Below are positions 53,055-64,000 of a DNA stretch of 64,000 nucleotides, in pieces. The number at the start of each line of letters is the position of its first letter. Positions within the stretch are counted from its first letter, which is position 1. Source of the stretch: Octopus vulgaris (taxonomy: Eukaryota). Position numbers and translations under genes: made by a program. The DNA lies in contig OX597842.1 of the NCBI GenBank assembly GCA_951406725.2, positions 22,072,001 to 22,136,000 of the forward strand, written 5' to 3'. The notes under the pieces were generated by a model, which saw only the letters and a list, made by a program, of their open reading frames with translations, was not told the origin of the DNA and searched no databases.

Positions 53055-54352
53055 AATGTTCCTTTCTCTTGTCACAGTTCACAAAGGTTTTCCTTCTTCT
53101 CGTATATTGCTCTGAACAAATATTTCTACTGATATATCTCCATGAAAAGTGATCTTTGTTAATATCTGAAGATGCTGCAAACTGCCTTCTTAATTGCTTT
53201 AACTCATTAACATTCAGATTAATCAGTCAAATAGAATGTTTATTGAAATTCTTCTGAATTAATCATTCATTATGTTATCATGTTCAGATTTCAATGTTGT
53301 GATTGTTTATTTTTAGAATGACCTTGTAGGGTGGGTGTGAGGGGTGGGATCTGGCTAGTATGAATATAAAACACACAAAAATATGGCCAGTTTAACCGTT
53401 TAGCATTGAGATTCCTTTGTGAAATGTAATGCTTATTTATTCATATTGTTTTGAATTAATCATGGATTATCTCATAGCTTTGAGACTTCAGTGATTTGAT
53501 TGTTTATGTTTAAATTGACACTGCAGGGTGAGTGTGAGAGGTCAGAATATTTGTGCTAGTTTAAATGCTAAATGATTAATTAATATGCAAATATAATTTT
53601 CTGTGTATTCCAGACAATAAAGAAGAGAAATTTTGTTACATATATGTCAGAGTTCAGAAGATATATTTTGCAGTAATTCAGTAAATATTCATAGAAACAG
53701 GGTTATACGTGTTTTGTATAACATCTTTGCTCAGTCTTCAATAGACTTTCCATTCTAATGACGTTGCTTATGTCAAAATCCTGTGAAGCAGATGTCATCT
53801 GATAATCTGAAACGAAAGAGAAACAACAGTGTAAAACATACAAGATAATTAGGAATTAGAGGGATTAAAGCAGTGAAAGTTTTACTACATTTTTATATAG
53901 ACATGGCTGTAGAAGTGCAGGGATGGTCGTGTGGTAAGAAGTTGGCTTCCCAACCACATGGTCCTGGGTTCAGTCCCAGAGTGGCCAATCAAAGACATGT
54001 TTGATGGAAACTGAAAGAAGCTTGACTTGTCCCAAATACCAAAATGAATTCTAATCGAAATAAGCAAAACAGAAATTTAAATACGAGGAACCATTTGATA
54101 AGTCACCTGATGAGACATGTCTGCATCAAAGGATGCCCCACAACTGTTCGTACAGAATCTCACCTGCGAGGCACAGATGCACGATGGGTTGAAACAATCA
54201 TAGTGAATACTAGTCTTGGAAATTCTATTTTCTTTCTCTTTCTCTCATTTTAAACTCTACTGACATGAAGGAATTCCTCAAGTAAATCCAGTATCATTTA
54301 TATCCATACTGTAGATGACATCAGATAGCCAAATACAGTGGGAAGGCTATCT

Positions 54353-54613
54353 AAAATAATTGATTTATCTGATGATGTAGAGAATGAAGAGGGCAAAACA
54401 TCATATGATTGTGATACCTGTGGTAAATTATTCTCTCGGAAAACTAACTTACTCACTCACCGACGTATTCATATAGGAGAGAAGCCATATCATTGTGATA
54501 CCTGTGGTAGATCATTCTCTCGAAATCAAGGCTTGACTAGGCACAGACGCGTCCATACAGGTGAGAAGCCATATCACTGTGATATCTGTGGCAAATCGTT
54601 CACTCAGAAAGGC
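54353..54613 (+). pseudogene. Inverted ZNF coding fragment in the intron of gene E
   Basis: Near-identical to 6930-7190, at the same insertion point. Confidence 0.9.
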
Positions 54614-55980
54614 AATGGTATACTATAAGGTGTATATATAAATTTAAAATTATTACTTCATCATCATTTAAATTCCATTTTACACACTGGCATGGGTTGG
54701 ATGATTTGAAAAGAGCTAACCAGCTGAAGGGCTCATCAGGCCCCATCTCTATATTAAAATAGTTTCTATGGCTGGATGCCCTTTCTAACACAAACCCTTT
54801 ACAGAATGTACTGGGTGATATTACGCAGTACCACTGGGTGCTTTTTATGTGGTATCAGCACCCATGAGCGTGCAAGATTAGGGATGCTCAGCTGGAAGGG
54901 GGTTGGAAGGGACAAGCTTGTATGCAAGGGCAACCATGCTTTTACTTAGCTTGATGTGTCTTTTCAAACACAGCAAACTGCCAGGATTCTCGTTTCCTGA
55001 TCCCCTTCATTTAATGTCTGCCTTCAATACCAGTATCTGGTGTAATTTAAACAAAATTTTAATATTTTTACCTTTTGCTCAATTTACCTGTAATTAAAGT
55101 CAATTTGAGACAAAAGTTATGCAATAGAATTGATTAAGAACCCATTCTTTAATTATGTTCCAAATATCACATTTATGTTGATAAGTAAAAAAGTTACAGT
55201 TATTTAATGAAACAAGCCTAGATTCATGATTATTTTAGAATTTAATTGAAACTCATGAGGGGTGTATTTTAGTCAGAAATATAGTAAGGAAAGGGTTAAT
55301 GTCCATTTACTATGCTTCGCTGGGTTGGTTGGTTTGACCTGTGCTGGCAAACAGGGGTGCTGCCCCCAGTTCCTGTCTGATTTAGATTGCTTTCTACAGC
55401 TGGACACTCTTCTTAATGCCCACCACTTTAGAGATAGTATTGAGATCTTCACACATGGTCCTTGTATGGGTGTTTTTTATGCAGAGCAGTATAGATGCCC
55501 TTTACACAGATCACCATGATATATATATATATGTATTTTTTTTATGCCTGGCACTCATTTTATCAGACTACTGCCGAAAGTTCCAGGGATGTAAATATAC
55601 CAACACCGTTCGTTAAGCGGGAATGGGAGGGGAAGAAACACTAACACAAAGATACACATACATACTGAGACAAATCCAGAATTTGTTTACAAAATTTTAA
55701 CTTTCATGTGTACGAGCCCACCAAATTCATATTTTCATATTAAATTCCGATAGAATTCTAATATACACATTCTGAATGGTATTTATAGCAAATTTCATAA
55801 AAACGTATTTTTCTGTAAATAACTTAATTTTCATAATTTCAGCAGGTTTACAAATAGCATTTATGATCGGGAAAATGTAAAGAAATCTTGAATATTGTTA
55901 AGATTTCCCACCAAAACAGGTTTGTACAAAGAGAAAACCAAATTTAATATAAAATAAGAAGAAATTATTACTTCACTCGC

Positions 55981-56093
55981 AATTTAATCTCACTCGTTAT
56001 CTTCGAAATAGTCCTTTCCCCTTCACTTTTGATACAAAAGTGGAAATTCATCAAGAAAAATCATTAATTTCAGACGAGATCAAAGAATATCTG
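55981..56093 (-). other. Putative upstream non-coding exon of gene E (donor is GCGAGT)
   Basis: Near-identical to 36645-36757, but with a GT>GC change at the donor. Confidence 0.5.
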
Positions 56094-56428
56094 ACACCAG
56101 AAATATCACCGACAAAAACTTATAAAAAAGGGGAATGTATAAAACATACATTGGTTTGCTTTAATTACCGAAACGAAATCCCAACGATGTCAATTTTACC
56201 TTTCATTGCTTTGGGATGAATAAAATAAAGACCCAGTCAATAGAAGAGGTCGATGGTAGAGACTAAGTCCCACAAACCACCATCAGTAGGCCTTTTAATA
56301 AAAACCTTGCTTCTAGCAGATAACTGAAGAAATAATTATATCAAGGAGAATAACTTCTACGAGCGACTGACCAAACTCTACTTTACCACCTTCAGAAAAT
56401 GCGAATGTTTTGAAACTGTTAATATTGT

Positions 56429-56548
56429 TATTACAGCCATATAATGCTGATTGCACCTTGTCTCGCCTGATCACCGAAGTGAAGCAATGTCCAGCCTGTA
56501 GGGTACTTAGATGGGTGACCGCTTGGACAACCTATGTGCCCAAAGCAT
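56429..56548 (+). pseudogene. 5S rRNA pseudogene
   Basis: Paralog of 37093-37212. Confidence 0.85.
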
Positions 56549-58569
56549 CTAACGTATTTTGCAGGGCGGCGAGCTGGCAGGATCGTTAGCACGCCGGACG
56601 AAATGCTAACCGCTATTTCGACCGTCGCTACGTTCGTAGTGAATGCGGGAGATTAGAAGTAAGACACGTACCTTCACTTCGTTGACCCTTATCTGTCCGA
56701 TAGTAATGTACCCTTCCACGTGGCCCATCCCGAAACGCTAAAAATAGCAGATGCTATCCCTCATCTGGTCGAAGCACTGACACGTCCTGCACTCACAACT
56801 TCCCCGATCGAAAAGGGCACCCTTCCTCTTCCGGTCAGCTTCCTAACCGCTGACGTCATCCCACAGTTCTCAGTTCAAATTCCACCATGGTCGATTGGGT
56901 CTTTCATCGTTTACGTGTCGATAAAATAAGTACCCGTTGACTAAACCCCATCCTCTAGAAGAAGGATATTTTTAGTAAGAGGGATGGTTTAGTGTGAGAA
57001 AATGTTAGTAATTGTACACGGTTGGCATGGATAGCATGGCTCTAATAAGCATAATCCTTCAGTATGGGAGATTTAAGAAAGTAAATAGAAATTAAAGGGG
57101 AAATAAGTAGGTTTCCATTCCTTACACCGAATCAGTATTGGAGTAACTTTTGACTTTCACTAAATTAGCCAAATTATTAAACAAGATTCTTCAGTGTTTG
57201 GCAACGGCGTTGACTAATTATGAATTAACTTGCACTTCACTGAGTATTTGCTGGTGTACAAGACGCATCCTTACTTTACCAGATTAATACGTTTCGTCAT
57301 TCAGCCATTGGAAAACGTTTTAAAGTAGTTTTGTAGAGAAAATGTGGCTGCATTTCACTTTGACCCTTTAACATTGTTCAATGTAATGAAGATGAATGGA
57401 AATTGAACTCACGATTGAGCCATGCACCTTCAAATATATATGAGAAGTTACACAGCTTCATATATATACTAGAAGTATCGCCCAGCGTTGCTCGGGTTTA
57501 TTTTCTTTTCGACCCTTTAGAATTGGAATTTTCGAAAAGTAAAAATCTTGCATTATGTAGCTTGTTATTCTCTAAAAGTGAACAGTTTTCTGGTTGAAAT
57601 ACACCGAAAAACGGCGACACAGCAGTCAAAGAATCGTAAAAATTGGGGATTCTCATAGTAAAAAAAGCACCATTTTGATCTAAATAATTTTTGGTGTTGA
57701 CATGGTGCGATTTGAATTTCTCTTCTACGGAAGGAAGGGCAAGCTTTCTTTTATCATACTCTCAATTTTGGTCAACATACGCCACAGTGTCTCGGTAGAG
57801 ATAGTGTTAGTTGAAGGCTGCAAAACCTGCCACACACACAGACAACTTCAGCTTTATATATATAGATATATCATGCAATGCCACTCCCTGTAAGAAGCAT
57901 TTGTGCTAGTTCATGTAAAAAGCACACATGCTGATCCATGTGGTTATTCAACTTACTCCTTCCCCTGAAATTGCTGGCCTTGTGCCAAAATATGGTCAGA
58001 TACAATAATGCCTTGATATATGAGTTAATTTCTTCCTGGAGATTGCTCCTAAAGTGAAAACTCATAAAGCAAAGCAATAATTTCCCATAGAAGCAATGTT
58101 ATAAATTGTAATTCATTCCCAGAAAAATATTTCACCAATAAAATTTATAATACTTGTAAATAAATGACAATAAAACAACAGTAGAATGTAAAGAATATTT
58201 TATGTAAAGTCAAGAACAATGTCAAGATCATTTAGAATACATAAAATATTATTATTATAATTGTTTTCTGAATCACTATGAAAAGACTCAGGGACACCAT
58301 CATTTGTAGACGTGACCACTGATTCACAAGAAACAAGTCTAGAGCATTTTACTGAGAAGCATTCCTTTGCTCTTTATAAACTTCTTGGTAAGACACAGAT
58401 GCATTTGTTATGGTAGTAGAGTCTTTCAAAATTTGGATGTTGTGCTTGAAAAATAAAACTCATAAACGAAGTCTGTACTTTGGGAAATGAATCTATTCCT
58501 CATGAAATGTGTTCTCTGTCTGTATGAACATGCTTGTGCTTGGTTAAGGTATCGTTTCGAGAGAAAGAT

Positions 58570-59844
58570 TTACCACATTTCACAGTGATATGGTTTTTCT
58601 CCTGTATGAACCTGCTTGTGCTTGGTTAAGGTATCGTTTCGAGAGAAAGACTTACCACAGATTTCACAGTGATATGGTTTTTCTCCTGTATGAACATGCT
58701 TGTGCTTGGTTAAGGTATCGTTTCGAGAGAAAGACTTACCACAGATTTCACAGTGATATGGTTTTTCTCCTGTATGAACACGCCTGTGCATAGTTAAGTG
58801 ATCGTTTTGAGAAAAGGATTTACCACAGATTTCACAGTGATATGGTCCCTCTCCTGTATGAAGATGCTTGTGCTTGGTTAAGGTACCGTTTTGAGAGAAA
58901 GATTTACCACAGATTTCACAGTGATATGGTTTTTCTCCTGTATGAACACGCCTGTGCTTGGTTAAGGTATCGTTTTGAGAAAAAGATTTACCACAGATTT
59001 CACAGTGATATGGTTTTTCTCCTGTATGAACACGCTTGTGCTTGGTTAAGTGATCGTTTAGAGAAAAGGATTTACCACAGATATCACAGTGATATGGTTT
59101 TTCTCCTGTATGAATGTATTTGTGCCTAGTTAAGTTATACCTTTGAGAGAATGATATATCACAGATATCACAGCGATATGGCTTCTCACCTGTATGAATG
59201 CGTTTGTGAGTAGTTAAATGATGAATATCAAAAAATGATTTACCACAAACATCACAGTGATATGACTTCTCTCCTGTATGAATACGTCGGTGAGTGACTA
59301 AGCTACCTTTCTGAGATAATATTTTACCACAGATATCACAGTGATATGGTTTTTCTCCTGTATGAACACGCTTGTGCTTGGTTAAGGTATCATTTCGAGA
59401 GAAAGATTTACCACAGAGTTCACAGTGATATGGTTTTTCTCCTGTATGAACACGCCTGTGCATAGTTAAGTGATCGTTTTGAGAAAACGATTTGTCACAG
59501 ATTTCACAGTGATATGTTGCTTCTCCAGTGTGAACACCACTCTTGTGCCTAGTTAAGTTTTCGTTTCGAGAGAAAGATTTACCACAGATTTCACAGTGAT
59601 ATGGTTTTTCTCCTGTATGAGTACGTTCGTGAATGACTAACTTAGCTTTCCGAGAGAACGACTTGCCACAGATATCACAATCAAATGCTGTTTTGCCCTT
59701 TTCATTCTTCTCCTCATCAGAAAAATCAATTTCTTCAGACTCTCTTTTACATTCAACTTCACTCCGATATAATTCATTTTCCATAATTTTCCTTTCTCTC
59801 GTCACAGTACACAAAGGTTTTCCTTCTTCTTGTATATTGCTCAT
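58570..59844 (-). CDS. Poly-C2H2 ZNF gene F (13 fingers), close paralog of D
   Basis: ORF 58570-59910 with ATG at MSNI (59844) or MENEL (59784). The intron at 60376-62020 is near-identical to that of D. Confidence 0.9.
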   Translation of the reverse strand: MSNIQEEGKPLCTVTRERKIMENELYRSEVECKRESEEIDFSDEEKNEKGKTAFDCDICGKSFSRKAKLVIHERTHTGEKPYHCEICGKSFSRNENLTRHKSGVHTGEATYHCEICDKSFSQNDHLTMHRRVHTGEKPYHCELCGKSFSRNDTLTKHKRVHTGEKPYHCDICGKILSQKGSLVTHRRIHTGEKSYHCDVCGKSFFDIHHLTTHKRIHTGEKPYRCDICDISFSQRYNLTRHKYIHTGEKPYHCDICGKSFSLNDHLTKHKRVHTGEKPYHCEICGKSFSQNDTLTKHRRVHTGEKPYHCEICGKSFSQNGTLTKHKHLHTGEGPYHCEICGKSFSQNDHLTMHRRVHTGEKPYHCEICGKSFSRNDTLTKHKHVHTGEKPYHCEICGKSFSRNDTLTKHKQVHTGEKPYHCEMW

Positions 59845-61784
59845 ATCAAATATTTCTACTGATATATCTCCATCAAAAGTGATCTTTGTTAATATCTGAA
59901 GATGCTGCAAACTGCCTTCTTAATTACTTCTCATTAACACGCAGATTACTCTGTCGAATGTAATGATTATTTATTCAAATTCTTCTGAATTAATCATTCA
60001 TTATCTTATTGCTTTAAGATTTCAACGATGTGATTCTTTATGTTTATATGACATTGCCAGGTGAGTATAAGAGGCCAGATGTGGGCAGTTTTAACATAAA
60101 ATAGCTTGAACGTTTGGGACTGATACGGCCAGTACAAATGCTAAAGGATTAATTCAAATACAAATATAATTTTCTGTGTACTCCAGACAATAAAGAAGAG
60201 AAATTTCATAACATATGTCAGTTCAGAAGATATATTTTGCAGTAATTCAGTAAATATTTATAGAAACAGGGTTATATGTGTTTTGTATAATATCTTTGCT
60301 CAGTCTTCAAAAGACTTTCCATTCTAATGACGTTGCTTATATAAAACTCTTGTGAAGCAGATGTCATCTGATAATCTGAAATGAAAGAGAAACAACAGTG
60401 TAAAACATACAAGATAATTCGGAATTAGAGAGATTAAAACAGTGAGAGTTTTACTACATTTTTATATAGACATGGCTATAGAAGTGCAGGGATGGTTGTG
60501 TGGTAAGATGTTGGCTTCCCAACCACATGGTCCTGGGTTCAGTCCCAGAGTGGCCAAACAAAGCCTTGTGAGAGGATGTGGTAGATGGGAACTGAAAAAT
60601 GCTTGACACATTCGAACTACCCGAAAGAATTCTAATCCAAAAAAGGAAAACAGAAATTAAATTATGTGGTACCTTTTGACAAGTCACCTGACAAAGCACA
60701 CCTGACAAGACACACCTGCAAGGCAATGATGCATGATGGGTTGAAATGATCACAGAGTATCATAGACTTGTAAATTCTATTTCCTTTCCTTTCATTGTTT
60801 AAACTCTATGGACATGAAGGAATTCCTACAGTAAATCCATTGTCATTTAAATCCATATTGTTGATGACATCAGATAGCCAAATACAGTGAGCAGGCTTTA
60901 AATGGCATACTGCAATGTCTATATACAAATTTAAAATTATTACTTCATCATCATTTAAATTCCATTTTAGACACTGGCATGGGTTGAATGGTTTGAAAGG
61001 AGCTAACCAGCTGAAGGGTTGATCAGGCCCCATTTCTATCTTAAAATAGTTTCTATTGCTGGATGCCCTTTCTAACACAAACCCTTTACACAATGTACTG
61101 GGTGTTTTTTTACGTGGTATCAGCACCCATGAGCCTGCAAGATTAGGGATGTTCAGCTGGAGGGGGTTGCAAGGGCAACCATGCTTTTACTTAGCTTGAT
61201 GTGTCTTTTCAAACACAGCAAGCTGCCAGGATTCTCGTTCCCTGATCCCCTTCATTTAATGTCCACCTTCAATACCAGTATCTGTTGGATGGTTTGGTAG
61301 GAAGTGGTCAGTCAGAAGACTGCCCCAGACTTGTGTGTCTGTTTTGGCTCAGCTTTTCAGCTGGATGCTCTTCCTAACACCAACCATACTACAGAGTGTA
61401 TTGAGTACATTTTAAGTGGCAAGATCACAGGCAAGGTCAGTTTTGGCACAGCTTTTTACATTTAATGTCCATTTACCATGCTTCCCTGGGTTGGTTGGTT
61501 TGACCTGTGCTGGCAAACAGGGGTGCTGCCCCCAGTTCCTGCTTGATTTAGATTGCTTTCTACAGCTGGACACTCTTCTTAACGCCAACCACTTCAGAGA
61601 CTGTGTTGAGATCTTCTCACATGGTATATGTATGGGTGTCTTTTATGCAAAGCAGTATAGATGCCCCTTATACAGATCACCATGATATATATATATACAT
61701 ACATATAAAAATTATTTGAGGGAATATAAATCCAAACTCACAAGGAAAAAAATTCAATTTAGAAATACTAAATCAAATTTCACA

Positions 61785-61823
<39 letters not shown>

Positions 61824-62020
61824 AATTAGAAAAAACCCACCTTTTATCAATTCAAAATGAATAATTAAATTACACCATCTAGAAAATTACATATAATAGA
61901 ATTATTAAAATTAAAATAACAATAAAATATCAATGACGTGTCGTTATTCTACCCATTATATATGTTCTTATTATTTTTTTGCAATTTACTTAATCATGGA
62001 TATTTTATGGTTATTTTAAT

Positions 62021-62120
62021 NNNNNNNNNNNNNNNNNNNNNNNNNNNNNNNNNNNNNNNNNNNNNNNNNNNNNNNNNNNNNNNNNNNNNNNNNNNNNNNN
62101 NNNNNNNNNNNNNNNNNNNN
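62021..62120. other. Assembly gap (100 N)
   Basis: The N run falls inside the foldback of the gene F intron. Confidence 1.
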
Positions 62121-62778
62121 AGCACTGTATACAATAATTTCATTATTATTATTATTTGAAAACTCCACCTATTTAACACTCGTGGACATATTTACAAAGT
62201 CAGAAAACAGCACAGCTCCTTCCATGACTTCAGGAAACATTTTTTTCACGCTGAGAATTGCTGAAGCATGGAACAAACTGCCAGCATCAGTTGTTAGTTG
62301 TCGGAGCACTGCATCCTTCAAAACTTCCATGCTTCCTGAGATTCACCAACACTACACCTGATCTTTCTCCCCTCATACACACGCAAGCATGTATCTGACT
62401 CATACATTGTTCGCTTCCCAGACATTTGTACATTACTGTATATGCTTTATACGCACTTTTGACAAATTGTGGTGCATCTGAGCACTGTATACAATAATTT
62501 CATTATTATTATTATTTGAAAACTCCACCTGTTTAACACTCGTGGACATATTTACAAAGTCAGAAAACAGCACAGCTCCCATGACTTTCGGAAACATTTT
62601 TTTCACGCTGAGAATTGCTGAAGCATGGAACAAACTGCCAGCATCAGTTGTTAGTTGTCGGAGCACTGCATCCTTCAAAACTTCCATGCTTCCTGAGATT
62701 CGCCAACACTACACCTGATCTTTCTCCCCTCCATACACACGCAAGCATGTATCTGACTCATACACTGTTCGCTTCCCG
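62121..62778 (+). repeat. Tandem ~360-bp copies of a CR1-like 3' end, next to the gap
   Basis: 62121 and 62481 begin identically. The unit encodes TRGH...HFFTLRIAEAWNKLPASVV and has an (ATT)n tail. Confidence 0.75.
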
Positions 62779-63119
62779 TATGTTCTGGTGCATGACAAAT
62801 TTGGCCCACCCTGTAATATCAGTAGTACCTTTTCTTATAAATGGTAATATCTGAGATGGGAAATAATATTCTGAAGGAATGGCTTTTTTTTTTTTTTTTC
62901 CATTAAAAAAAAAAACCCAGAATAGTAAGCAATGTCGCCAAAGTATTGGGTTGGCAACTAAATTCCCACCATTTTTTTAAATTTTGAAATTTATTGTGTT
63001 TTTAAATTCTGGAATCTATTTTTTGGAAGAATTCTATTTTTGAATCATTTTGGAATCTATTTTGTTTTCTTTTCCAGATTAATCTTAGTTAATTTTTGTT
63101 TATTTTCAAATCATTAAAA

Positions 63120-63720
63120 TGAAATTCAAATCGGACCATGTTAACACCAAAAATTATTTACATCAAAAAGGTGCTTTTTTTCTATGAAAATCCCTATTTT
63201 TTATGATTTTTTTAATGCTGTGTCGCCACTTTTCGGTGTATTTCAACCAGAAAAATGTTCACTTAAAGAGTATAACAAGCTACATAATGCAAAAATTTTT
63301 ACTTTTCCAAAATTCCAATTCTAAGGGGTCAAAACAAACCCGGGCACTACTGCTAGTAATCTCTCTATATATAAAGCTGAAGTTGTCTGTGTGTGGCAGG
63401 TTTGGTAGCCTTCAACTAACACAATCTCCTCCGAGACCCTGCGGTGCAAGTTGACCAAAATTGAGAGTATGATAGAAGAAGGCTTGCTCTTCCTTCCATC
63501 AAATTCAAATCAGACCATGTTAACACCAAAAATTATTTACATCAAAAAGGTGCTTTTTTTCTATGAAAATCCCTGTTTTTTACGATTTTTTGACTGCTTT
63601 GTCGCCATTTTTCGGTGTATTTCGACCAGAAAACTGTTCACTTAAAGAGAACAACAAGCTACATGATGCAAAATTTTTACTTTTCAAAAATTCCAATTCT
63701 AAAGGGTCGAAACAAACCCG
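63120..63720 (+). mobile_element. Two head-to-tail non-autonomous Helitron copies
   Basis: Junction CTAG-TAA-TCTCTCTATATATAAAG at 63353-63377. Reverse complement of the 2463-2863 family. Confidence 0.7.
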
Positions 63721-64000
63721 ATGATCTAGCTGTATCTGAGACCGTGGGGAGCTTGTCCTCCTTGTCAACTCGTTAAGATAGTGCTTTTGTTGGCTATTGA
63801 GTTGTTTTGACTCTTATTTCTAGCAATACTGGTACTGATTAGTGCCTTATATATATACATATATACTTCGAAACGGAGTAGATGAAACAAAGGCGACTGA
63901 AGAAGGGGAATTTTCCTTGTTTTCTACTCTATTTTTTCGTTGTTTAAGAAAAATGTCCATTTCCTTGATTTTATGCTTATGTTTTAGTTTCTCATCGTGT

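Noticed and set aside
62800-63120. Tc1/mariner-like terminal fragments (CCCACCCTGTA; TATTGGGTTGGCAACTAA)
   Set aside because: Only single ends were seen, with no partner TIR or transposase, so the evidence is too weak to call.
63866-63920. Possible hammerhead ribozyme (CGAAAC...CTGAAGA)
   Set aside because: The motifs are in an order and context where I could not build the three stems.

Overview
AT-rich animal genomic DNA, most likely a coleoid cephalopod (Octopus-like). This is an inference from the dense tandem C2H2 zinc-finger cluster and the SINE/RTE/MITE repertoire. The window holds seven paralogous minus-strand poly-C2H2 zinc-finger (ZNF) genes or pseudogenes, labelled here A 4.0-5.6k, B 15.0-16.9k, C 22.6-23.7k, G 34.0-35.4k, D 38.8-41.4k, E 52.3-53.1k and F 58.6-59.8k. 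They sit in mosaic segmental duplications. The shared unit is a short upstream non-coding exon, an intron, and one large coding exon made of 84/87-bp finger repeats; B has lost its upstream exon and F's was not found before the assembly gap. Interspersed are RTE LINEs (one nearly intact), CR1 and Penelope fragments, two tRNA-derived SINE families, non-autonomous Helitrons, TTAA MITEs, 5S rRNA pseudogenes and a candidate solo LTR. The most notable observation is a ~260-bp ZNF coding fragment inserted in inverted orientation in the intron of genes A and E. It could base-pair with the coding exon in the pre-mRNA and act as an ADAR editing guide or hairpin-RNA source. Other points: in-frame gene fusions, finger shuffling with variation concentrated at DNA-contact residues, Helitron ends bracketing an upstream exon, a recurrent insertion hotspot and a flipped foldback spacer. 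All coordinates, identities and gene structures were read by eye.
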